From Amoebophrya sp. A120 (Eukaryota > Protista > Dinoflagellata): DNA of 64,000 nucleotides. The position numbers and the translations under genes were made by a program. Where the stretch lies: NCBI GenBank assembly GCA_905178155.1, contig CAJINV010000007.1, forward strand, positions 404,020-468,019, in the 5' to 3' direction. Below, in pieces: positions 36,701 to 47,527 of this stretch; within the stretch, counting starts at the first letter, position 1, and each line of letters begins with the position of its first letter. The notes beneath the pieces are model-generated. The model did not search any database. It saw only the letters and a program-made list of their open reading frames with translations, and had not been told where the DNA came from.

Positions 36701-39700
36701 CCGCGTGACAAATTCATCTCCTCATCCTGTTGGAAAAAAAAACAAATGCCAAAACACGATACGAAATGCCTCTCATGGGGATGCGAATTTCATCGCAAAT
36801 CTGCACCACAACTCTGGGGCGGGGAAGACGTTTTTGCTCAAGATAAACTTTTGCAGGCAATGACAGGAGGCGCGGCCTTCAGTTGGCGCTGCCACGTTAT
36901 GATTCACTGTGAAAGACAGCAACGTCGCTGCTTCGTCCTGCTGTTCTTCTTGGCGGGGGCCCTCGAGTGGTGGGAGTGCAAACCCCGCATTGTATCCCTG
37001 TGTGTATTTAAAGGAGTCCAAGTCCTGCGCAGCGCACCACTGCAGATCCTCGTCGTCGCGACCGGAGGCTCCGTCCGTCGCTACTCGGCCCTGCCCGCTC
37101 GTCGCACCTTCGTTCGTCGGTAAGGGAGATGAAGTATTCGTCCCTACTTCGTCGTGACCTGCAGCTAGCTCCTCCGGCTCTGGCTCCGGCATGGACATCT
37201 GCTCTGGCACCATCGCAGGCCTATGCCGCCGCCCAGCAACACAGAAATAGTGATGGACAGGACTGGGTTTTGGGATACGCATCAAGCACACACCCCCTTC
37301 ATCTTCAGAGGGGCGAGGCACTACGGCGGTGGAAGTAGAGGCTCCTGCGCTGCTGCTGCCAGTACCTACTCCAGCTGATAACAAACGGCGGAGAAGCGTC
37401 TGAGCGTTTTCTACCAGGCGATATTCTCGCCGGAGATATTCTTCGACGTCAGCGGTAGAACCGACGGATGACGCGTCACTACTAGAGGAAGCGGAAAGGT
37501 GACGCGCGACACTGCTGCTCTGGATGTACAGAAAACGCGCGTCGGCCGTAGAAAGCTGCTTGCTTTTGCACTGTGGCGCGCCGAAGGTGGTGGTCAGGCC
37601 GTTGTAGTTCCCGCCTCCAACGTGTTGCTGCACTGCTAACGAAGGGGAAGTAGGACGGGGCGCAGTACTGAAAACTGTCCACTGGTACTCCGCTGGGTCG
37701 TACGCGAGCCGCTGTACACACGCGCAGTTCTGCCGGCCTAGCAGGAGGCGAGCTTGCCTCTTGTGGTGAATGTACGCGTGAAGCGGTTGGTCGTCAACAC
37801 CAGCAGCACTCTCAGACACAGCGGCAGAGGCGGAACCAGCGTCAGTGGGGTCCTGCCTCAAACCGGGATTCATGCTGAGGCGATCCCACGTATCCACCAT
37901 GCTGTCCCAGGTCATGATACCCGTGCCCAGCTCTCCGTGCTCGTCCCGCTCCTGCTCGAGCTTGCACGCATTTTCGGTCAGGTGCGCCACGCAGGCGAAG
38001 GCGATCCGGCCCCCTTGCCGCCACCGCAGTAAGTCGCTGAGGGCGGGCGTTTGCCGCAGGACGCCCCCGGCTCGCGGCGGTGGCACACGCGCTTCGGGGG
38101 TATCCAGTGCAAATATGTCTGGGTCTGGAAAAGTGGAACTTGTAGTGCGTTTCTTGCATTTTTCCTGGAAAACCTGTGTTGCATGAGCAGCAGAAGTAGA
38201 GAAGCTTTCTTTGTCATGCAAATAAAACGCAATTTGTAATGCGTCCTAGGCATCAGCAGGCGTCTCAAAAACTTGTCATGCTTGGCTGCCATTGGAAGCG
38301 CCTCCATCATGCGCAATTCAGCATCACAAGTTATTTCCAGACCCAGACATATTTGCATTTGATAGGGGGCGATAAAGAATGAATCCCGCGCGTTCAGCAT
38401 CACCCAGTGGTCCAACTCTCCCGCGTCTAGGCTTTATCCTGAGTAACAACGTCCCCACACCAGAGTCAACAAGATGAGGAATCTGCTAGACAAACCAACC
38501 AGCTTTCGCTGTTTCGCATGACAAGTTTGCCCGCATACATAGCGTGGCCCTGTTTCGCTAGTTCAGCAGCATCACAGATCTAGCACATCATGCTGATTCT
38601 AGCATCACAAACTCCAAATAAAGACAACTAGAAATAAATGCTTCCCCTGGGGCTCCGCATGAGAAACTTTTTTGGCATGCAGATTCTGGGGTGGGGGCGA
38701 TTTTACTCAGCATAGGCTCTCCTGCTCCCACCTTTGGGACCTCCGCCCCCCCTGCGCCCGAAATCTATTAATGTTATCGTGCCGAGACCCCTGCAAGGCT
38801 ACCGACTCGGCTGCAAGAAAACCGTTGGTCCGGCTGCGCCACTCTTTCGCCCAGAGACCGAAATGCTTGTGCTCCACCCAGTGAGCCGGTGCCGCCTCCA
38901 CTGGGTAGAGCTCCGGGGCGCTCCAGCAAGAGGGTCTTGTCTCTGCCCGGGCGGGCGCGCTCGTACCGGGCGCACGCGTACCGTCGGGCAGGCGCCTCGG
39001 GCGTACGTCGAAAACGGGCGCACGCGCGCCGGTGTGATCGTTGCTTGCCTGTAGCGCCTCCGCTTCCCGAAAGTGCGCAACCAGATGGATGCCGTTGGTG
39101 AGGTACAGATAAAAAGGGCTTTCGCGAACCTCCCCCCGGTCTGGGTTGAGGAACCCTTTGCGCAGCCCGTCCAGGTCGTGTTTGGCGGGCAGAGCGCCCC
39201 GGGCGAACAGTATAGACTCCCGATCAGCGGCCCGCGAAAACTGTGCCTCTGCTTCTACGGCAGCTTGTTTCTGCTTCGGGCGAGGAGTCCTGCCGGCCGG
39301 CGCGGCGAGGTCCCAAGCCTGCACATCGAAGGGAGCCACGCTTACCAGGCCGTGTTCGTCCGGACACTCAATCTTCTGCGTTTCCCCGATTAAGAACTGC
39401 TCACCCGTTTGCTGCAGGAGATGTCGCGACGCCCAAAACTTGGCTCCCGCCGGACCCAGGACCCCGTACCGCGCCACTGGGTGGGGAGCAGGGGTCGTCA
39501 CGGATGGTGGACCACTGCTTACCACCGCAACCAGCGGTCGCAACATGGTGACCTGCAAACCTCCGAGCTGGACCATGTCCGCCACCCGGCCCGAAGGGTA
39601 TTCATCAATCGTGGCCTCGCCCGCCGAATTTCGCAGCGTCGCCACGTCCGTCGCACCATCGTAGTGGTGCAGGACCTATCAAATGCAAAAGTGTCTGGGT

Positions 39701-41405
39701 CTGGAAGATTGCAACTTGTCATGCTAAATCTGCAGCATGCAAAAATCTGTGTTGCATGATTACCAAAAGTCGGCCAGTTTTGACCAAGTCGGGAGCGAGT
39801 TTCTCATGCAGGATGGGCATTAGAAAGGTCTCGCAGAATCTGTCATGCTAGGTCCTGCATTCAAGACCTCAGGGGTCATGGAAAAGCAGCATGACAAATC
39901 GCGCACTCTTCCAGACCCAGACACTTTTGCATTTGATAGGACCGCCAACATGCGCCCTTCACGACCGGTATTGCCGTCTACTAGCCCCTCCTCCTCTTTC
40001 TTTTCTGACCCGGTTTGTTCATTCCCATGATCCCCACGCGGCTCTTCTCCTTCCCGGAGATAAGACTGGCGCCCTCGGTTCAAATGCACAATCGGTCGCG
40101 CCGAAAAACCGTCGCTCGCATAGCCAAACAGCCGCCGCGCGTCGTCCGCCTGCCCGGGAGATATCGTCGCGTGCTCGACGTGATAGCACCAGCACGGGAG
40201 GTGCTCCGCTTCCTTATGAATTGCAAAAGCATCGTACTCGTATAAATGCATTACAAATCTCCTCAGCATGAGAAATAAGATTTGTGATGCTGATTTACCT
40301 CAAGAAAAAGATTTGTAATGCATGAATGCAATACGAGTACGATACTTTTGCACAGGATATTCCTGTTCGACGAGCAACTTAAAGTCTTCCTCCGGGGACC
40401 CGACGAGGCTGGTGAGCGCGCCGATTTTGTACCCATCCGCGGCAGCGCGCTGCGCGGCAATCTTGCTCTGCCTCTGCCGGTGAAGCAGCTCGTTGTCTTT
40501 TTGGCTGTCGTGCCAGAACCCTGGGCCACCAATGCGCAGCGCCGATGCAAAGCTCCAACCCCGGGCCACCAATGCAGCTCTTTCGTTCAAAGCTCGCACT
40601 ATCCTGCGTAAATAAAACGTTCCCATCTTAGAGTGAAGATCATGGCGACTTTGCTACACAAATCAACAAGGTTTGGCTGTCTGCCATGACAAGTTCAATG
40701 TCGTAGTGTAGTTGTCCCGTTGAGGTCGTCAAGCCGCATCACATCAAATTGGCCGGCTTCTAGCATGGCAAAATCCTAAAGAGAATGCGAAACTGCTCCT
40801 GTTGGGGCTACGCATGAGACACAATCTGGGCATGCAAATACGCATGACAAGTATGGGAACGTTTTTGCTCAGAATACGCACGTCTTTTTCCCTTTGCTCC
40901 CTCCAAAAGACATCGCCGTGGGCGTATTCTTCCCGCTGCTCCGGCACCTGTAGCTGCCGTGCTGCCCGCGCAAACTCGCTGATCTCCATGTATCGACGAC
41001 ACTTGTCCCGCCCAATTACATGCAGCATGCGACTTACCAAGTTCCCGTGGTCTGTTTCAGCAACCTGCTCCTTCTTGTCTGATAAATTCAGCTTGTCCTG
41101 GTCCCGCAGCTGTAGGCGCTGCAACTTCTGCACAAGATCGCTCACGTCCGTCGCGTTGCCGGTGAAGGGGTCCCTCGTTCCGACTCGGTTCGCGGCTAAG
41201 ATGCCGCCAAACTGGAGCTGTCGAAGCTGCTTCGCGGTGTCTTCCTTTCCCAGCCCTGGCATCAGACAGAAAACAGGCACACCCATATGACCACCAACAT
41301 ATCAGATTCATCATGACCGCGATCCTCATACTCATGAGAATTCCGCATCCACATTACAATCTGCATTCTACATGAAAAAAAACCACCTCTGTTGATGCTG
41401 ACTCA

Positions 41406-41440
<35 letters not shown>

Positions 41441-44239
41441 TTTTTTGGTGGAGATGGCAAGGAAGCTTTAGCTTTACCTCCTTTCTTCTAGTTGTATATC
41501 AGGTGTACTTTTGTTTCTGTAGGATAAGTTGCGCGTCCCTGCTTCCAGGAGCGTGTGCGGAGTTCCACCCTTCCCAACCTAGTGTTGCGGAACCGTATAT
41601 GCTGTGTAAAAACGGGTGTCGCCACGACGATGCCCCAGAGTCAAGATGGGCGGAATTTTGCTAGAAATAAAACCAACAGCTTTTAGTTGTCGCGCATGAT
41701 GTTGACAAGAGTATGGCCATTCTATCTACGTAATTCGAAAAAAACTAAAAATTTTTCAGGGTCCGCGCATTAACGTATCGTAGTAGCTAAGCCACCTTCA
41801 GTTTATTCTCTTGAACTAGCTAGTCGGCTTTTTTTGGGTCTTGAACTACCTAGTTTACAAGGTAGGCTATATTCAGCTTCCCCGACGGCACGGCCCACGG
41901 ATTCGGGTCCCGAATCCGTGGAGCTGGTACTTGCTGGCGCCGGGAGCTAGCAGCCTTCTTAACTAGATAACTAAGTCTTCTGACTGCGACTGCCTTCCAG
42001 GCATCACAAATTTGCATGACCAAAATAGATAAATTAGCTTCCTATGCGCGGAGACCCTGAAAATTTTTAGCTACTTGTCAATTACGTAGATAGAATGGCC
42101 ATAAAGAGTGGGCTAGTACTAGTAGTACAGTCTTGCTTAGCGAGTGCAGTCAGAGAAATCGATCAGCTTCTGCTCCTTGTCGGAGAAGTTCAGCGAGCAT
42201 GAAAACATTCTCTACTCACATAGCATACAGTAAACCGCCTCTCATGTCGTGCTGGCTGTCGTGCGTGAGAAACCTTTTCAGGCATGCGGATTTGTATGAC
42301 AACTGCTCTGGGGTCGTACAATGTGGACCACCCCGTTTTATTCACACAGGATACCGTACACCGGATCCCAGGACGCGGACCCGTCCGTGGTGTTATGGAA
42401 GCGTCAGGATTAAAATCGTCAAGGTTGAGATTATTTGTCATGCATAAATTGCAAGGCATGAAGTGCCTCTCTTGCAGGGATGGCTGGTGAGGCCGACTGT
42501 CGGCCTGTTTCGGGTCTGCGATAGAGCTGCTAAAGTAGCATGACAAAAAACGCCTTCTGTCTCTAAACAGCATGACAAACTGGATTTAGACGGTGCCGAA
42601 ATTTGTCACGCACCGCTTAGAAATTGGGCTTCCAACTGGTATCGATTTTATGCATTACAAGTTATTTCAACTTTGTCGCTTTCAATAACTTTGTCGATTT
42701 CAATCCTGACACATCCATAGGTGTCTGCTGCAGAGTTTCCCGTTCCCTCCTGCACGACTGGCGGCACATCCGGCGTCTTCTCGGATTTTTCTTTCGGATG
42801 ATACTTAAGAATCTCGTTACGCAGGTACTCGTGGCTGGCGCTGCAGTATCGCAGAAAAAATTGCTACCTTATACACATTTGTTGTAACTCCAGCCTCACA
42901 AGCTTACTCGGCATGACAGACAAAACTTGCAATGCAGAGATCACAAAGGAATAAAACACGTATGAAACTAGGCTCCTGTGCATATTCGGCAGGACAGAGC
43001 AAGGGTCTCTTGCCTGATCTGCAATACAAGGGGCTGTAATTTTAACACTTTTTTCTCACGATATGCAGCCCGGCAGGGTGCGCAGTGCCGTGGCCGCCGT
43101 GAACGTATGGGTGTGTCAGAATCGCAATCGACAAAGTTGAAATGATTTGTCATGCAAAAAGTTGCAACCCACAAAGTGCCTGTCTTGTAGAGTAGCCAAG
43201 TGAGGCAGATTGTGGGCCCGTTTAGGGGTAGAAGTGGAGCTGCTAAAGTAGCACGAGAAAAGGCGTTGCCCTTACCCAAACAGCATGACAAAGCGCATTT
43301 CGGTTCTACCCAAATTTGTCATGCGCCACTTGGAAACTGTGTTCCAACTTGTATCCATTTCATGCATCACAAACTACTTCAACTTTGTCGATTTCAAACC
43401 TGACGCTTCCATAGAACGCCCAGCGCACGTCGCGCTTAACTTTTCGCGCATCGTGGCTCGGCTTCAGCGAGGGGGTGCGAAAGGCTGCGCGTTTATAACA
43501 AGCTCAGGTGCACAATCTCAAATCGGTTACCATAGAATCTGGAATTTGCCTTGCATGAAGAGCATGAGGAACGTACAGAGTCTTGCGCTTTTCGCAATAC
43601 AAATTTCGCGAGAAGAAGATTCTCGTGCGGTTTGGCACTCCAGAACTTGTCATGCGCAATCCTGTGCGAATTGGCTAGATCATGCATTTCTTGCATCACA
43701 AAATCCAAATTCTATTGTAACAGTTGAGATTGTAACCACGTCTGAGCGGGTCATAGCGTTCTCGATTCATTTCCGACTTGTTACGCGTTCCAAACGGGGG
43801 CACCGCGAGCACTCGCTGCGGGAGAGGAATAAATCCCAGAACGATCGTTTTGTGAGGAAAAATCCCTCCTCCCCATAGCCAAGATGGCGAATCGGCTAGA
43901 CAAATCCACAAGTTTTGGCTGTTTTGCAAGAAAAATTTGGACTCGTAGTGTAGTGCTGTTTGAGGTAGTTCAGCAGCATCACAGATCCAGTACACCATGT
44001 TGATTGGAGCATGACAAGTTTCAAAACCCGAATACAAAATGCTTCTCATGGGGCTCCGCATGAGAGACACTCTCAGGAGCATGCAGATTTGCGTGACAAC
44101 TATGGGGTGGGAATGTTTTTTCTTTAGGATAGATCGCAAGGGCTGCAGCCGTCGTCTTCAGCTTCACGTTCACCCCGAGCTGGCCGAGTAAAATGCCACG
44201 ACCCGGCTCAGCATCGGGCCGACGCGTTTTGGTCTTCAT
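33768..44239 (-). CDS. Gene 3B: paralogue of gene 3A, about 1846 aa, 17 exons
   Basis: Removing 16 elements plus one TSD each gives 5541 nt (1847 codons). Colinear with 3A; C-terminus diverged; start codon uncertain. Confidence 0.78.
34384..34642. mobile_element. Introner, family A (shared)
   Basis: TSD TGAAA/TGAAA. Confidence 0.92.
35369..35692. mobile_element. Introner, family C-like, aged (shared)
   Basis: TSD ACCGT/ACCGT. Confidence 0.85.
36072..36428. mobile_element. Introner, aged (shared)
   Basis: TSD GCGGG/GCGAG; interior far more diverged from copy A than the flanking exons are. Confidence 0.78.
36583..36845. mobile_element. Introner, family B (shared)
   Basis: TSD AGCTT/AACTT. 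Confidence 0.88.
38101..38364. mobile_element. Introner, family A (shared)
   Basis: TSD GGGGG/GGGGG. Confidence 0.92.
38435..38714. mobile_element. Introner, family B (shared)
   Basis: TSD GGCTT/GGCTC. Confidence 0.88.
39677..39938. mobile_element. Introner, family A (shared)
   Basis: TSD GGACC/GGACC. Confidence 0.92.
40215..40359. mobile_element. Introner, family D (copy B only)
   Basis: TSD TTCCT/TTCCT; empty site near 28750. Confidence 0.93.
40600..40876. mobile_element. Introner, family B (copy B only)
   Basis: TSD CGCAC/CGCAC; empty site near 28955. Confidence 0.9.
41260..41526. mobile_element. Degenerate family D-like introner with (GA)n (shared)
   Basis: Copy of 29336-29602. Confidence 0.55.
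41598..42353. mobile_element. Introner, family B, with nested family K element at 41712-42103 (shared)
   Basis: Copy of 29674-30429. Confidence 0.88.
42394..42719. mobile_element. Introner, family G (shared)
   Basis: TSD GGTGT/GGTGT. Confidence 0.92.
42847..43063. mobile_element. Introner, family I-like (shared)
   Basis: TSD TGCAG/TGCAG. Confidence 0.88.
43106..43413. mobile_element. Introner, family G (shared)
   Basis: TSD GAACG/GAACG. Confidence 0.92.
43494..43755. mobile_element. Introner, family H (shared)
   Basis: TSD GCGTT/GCGTT. Confidence 0.92.
43848..44131. mobile_element. Introner, chimeric C/B (copy B only)
   Basis: TSD GATCG/GATCG; empty site near 31930; left end is C-type, body and right end are B-type. 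Confidence 0.88.
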
Positions 44240-45854
44240 CTTATTCTTGGTTGGACTTGCGTAAAAATAAGTAGCGCCGACGGTAACGGAGGAGCAGAAA
44301 GCGAAATGATAGTGTAAAGTCAAAGGCAGAAAATGAAAACAAGTAAATACCAGCGTAAGCAAAAATCCAAAGCTACAGCCAAGTATTCATCAAAATACTC
44401 TGCTTCTACCAAAAAATGAAAATACTACTTATCCTGTATCTGTGATGGATACTAGGCGTAGGAACCCAGAGTGCACCAATCAGCCGGTTTAGTTACGGAA
44501 TTGTAATTGTTGACGTGAGTCGTCAAGTGCAGTTATAGCCTTCTTTATCTCATCAGGGGCCGAAATGGTCAGCAACAGCGCACGACCAGGACGACCTCCA
44601 TACTGTTACTGGTTACACTTACAGGAGGTCTAGGAAATAAATAAAACTGCAAAGTAGATCAAGCGAGTACAACTACTCCCAGTAGTACAGCTATAGCACT
44701 AGATCAGAAGTTCCAAGCCCCTCAGCTAAGTTAAGTAGGATCCTGGGCTCGTCTGTTCAACCTCTATAATATACCATCTTGTTCACAAAACTTGATCTTC
44801 TGTAGTTGCGTTGTCCTTCTAAATTCAGGACGTCGAGATCTTTTTCGCCTTTCTCCTATACCTACACGAATGCGACGACCGGATGTTCACAGATAGAGCC
44901 TCACAGGCACGACTACTGCAAAAGAACCGTCGCACAACTCTGATGTGTAATGATCTCTGATGACGTTTTGTTTCTTTCGTCATCTATAAGCCTGCTCGCG
45001 CTTCAGCACTACGCGATGGGCAATCCTGCAATTTTTGTTCTTCTTGAGAGCCACGAAATAAACCGACGCCTGAAGAACGAAGGCACAAGCACAGGGAAAG
45101 TAGACAACGGCCCTCGTCCCCGCGGGACAATAGTAACTGGATCATAGTCGTTCTGAACCTAACCGCAAGAATGTACGCGCAGCGAATGAATTTATGTTCC
45201 CGGAGCGAGTTGTAAAAAACGGCTCTTGCTCCCAGACGTCCTCGACAACTCATGTACAGAATTGACGGCAATGCGGCCTGAAAAACTGCACCTTCGCAGA
45301 ACTCCCCGAACCACAGAAACGAGTCGTTTTCGAGGACTCCGCCTCCTCGTCGCCGGACTTCAGCAGCTGGATTTTGATTTTCTGCTTAGTGTAAATGTAA
45401 AAAAGAAACAGGGGGTTTATCTTTGAGCAATGATGACGATCGGACTCAACATGTCTAGAAAGAACGCACACCAGGGATCCTGATGCTGATGCATCGTGCA
45501 GAATTGCATGCAGCTGGGGCAAGGTTTTTTAAAAGTTAGTGGCAGTAGGGAAAAAATTAGTCCTTTTGCGTTGGGGAGTCAAAGAACTTCAGCTAAGGAA
45601 CTTGAGAAAGAGTGCAAACAATAAGCGCATAGAAAAATCTGATTGAAATGTTAAAAACGCTACTCACAAAAGAACAAAGGCAACAAATTGATGAGCTGAA
45701 ATAACTGCTGATAGACAAGAGCGACGGCACGTGCGTGCGCCTATCATGATTGCAGCTTGACTTTCTAAAAGATTTGTCAACGAAAGCCCGTCGTTGGGAC
45801 ACTTTCATCGAAACTTGAAAAGACGTTATAATACCAAACTCCAATCTGCAACGC

Positions 45855-47527
45855 TTACCACTCCTCCTCGTACCGTGCTGCCACCGGCTTGCCGACCATC
45901 GACTTTCCTTTCGAACCCTTGCCGGACGAGGAGCCGCCCTCTATCCTGTGGAAAAACGTCCCCACCCCAAAGTTGTCATGCAGATGTGCGATTACAGGAA
46001 GATTTGTGATGCGCATCTCCATGACAGGCATTCCCAATCGTGTTTTGAAATTTGTAATGCTGTGAACAGGATAAGAAGGTGGATTTGTGATGCGGTTGTC
46101 CTTCCTAACATGCACTACACTACGACCTGCAACTTGTCATGCGTGGCTTCCAAAACTTCTGGATTGGTCTTGCTAAGTTCCCAACTTGACTATGGGGAGG
46201 TGAGGACGTTTTTACATATGGTACCCTTGCCCTTCGACTTTCCCGCTCCCTTCGGGGCTCCGCCCTTCTTTGGCTTCGCCGACCCGCCGTCGCCGGCGTA
46301 CTGTCGGTCCACGGCCTTGTGCACGGTGCGCTTCACCATGGGCATATGGCAGCAGAAGCAGTGGCTCCCAATAAACCCCCAGTCGATGCAGCAAGTCTGC
46401 CAGTCCGACTTTTGCAGCGTCGGCACATCCGAGGGGAGGTTGTACTTCCAGTAGCAAAAAAGCACCGCGATCAGCACAGCCATAATGTAGTCGATGGGGT
46501 ACACTACGGCTTGCAGCAAGACGGCGTCCGTCCCGGTGAGTACCGCATGCAGTATAACCACCACGATCGACCACACCCAAAAAAACACCAGCGCCCGGAT
46601 CAGGGCGACGCTGTAGTCGGGAAACTGGTAGCCGAGAACGCTCTCTGGGCCGCTCGTCATGGTTTTGCACATCGACTGCAAATCGTCCGTGCAGGATGTT
46701 TCCTCCCCGTCCCCGTACGGCAATTTTGCGGTTTGAAAGATCAACAGACAGGGGCAACAGCACGGCAGCGACAGACAGCAATCGAGAAAACAGCCTTGGT
46801 CCAAGTCGTAGTAGGTCTCCGTGGTTTCTCCCCACTCTTCGTCAACATCAAAGCCGCAGCAGTCGGGCGAAAACACATTTAGGGAATTGCAGCAGCACGC
46901 CCAACGCACCTTGTCCTTTTCCAAACCGGAGGGCGCGACTGGCTTCGGCGCGGCGACTGGCTTCGGCGCGCCGTAGCCTCCGTTTGCGTCTTCGTAACCG
47001 TAATCGCCTTCGTCGTAACCCTCTTCACCCTCGTCGTAACCCGCTTCACCCCCGGCCTCGGGCGCCGCTTCGCCCTCGCCGCCATAGTAAGCCGCGGCGG
47101 CGCTGCTGTGTTTGCCCTTTCCCTTCTTCCCCGCGGTCGGCGGAGCCAGGTCGCTGAAAGTGCTGCCAGCGTCCTCTTCTTCGTAGTTGTGCTCTTCCTC
47201 ACCGTAGTCCTCTTCCCCACCCTCTTCTTCGCCATAATCCTCCATCTCGATCGCTTCCCCCTCCTGCATGTAGTGTGGGTTGCCCTGCCCGCCCTTCCCG
47301 TGGTACGCATGATTATCTTCGTGGCCACCGTCGTACGAGTCGTAGTCGTATCCATCATCGTAATAATGATCCTGGCCGTAGGCCGCAGCCGGCTGCGCAC
47401 CTTTATTTCCGTACGCAGAACTGCTCTTGCCGGCTTTGGAGGACATGCCCATACCGGGGCTCGCGCCCTTCCAATTGTAGGAGTCGCCGTAGTAGTCGGC
47501 CTTGCCACTCTTCTTCCCCCCGAACAT
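45855..47527 (-). CDS. Gene 4: 461-aa protein with acidic G/E/Y-rich N-terminus and one Cys-rich multi-TM domain; paralogue of gene 2; 2 exons
   Basis: ORF 46190-47527 joins GGSSSGKG...YEEEW* after removing 45942-46223 plus one TSD (1386 nt). Confidence 0.92.
45942..46223. mobile_element. Introner, family B
   Basis: TSD CCCTC/CCCTT. Confidence 0.9.

Larger units (their letters stand above)
17053..44822. repeat. Tandem segmental duplication: copy A about 17053-32608, copy B about 32721-44822
   Basis: Colinear homology through the gene and both flanks. The length difference is largely explained by copy-specific insertions. Confidence 0.92.

Noticed and set aside
3858-44139. Recurrent peptides FQTQT / KMSGSG / VWVWK as a protein domain
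   Set aside because: They are translations of the family A TIR in different frames.
3618-47527. Genes as MITE-riddled pseudogenes
   Set aside because: Exons remain free of stops and frameshifts across dozens of junctions, and paralogue differences are often synonymous.
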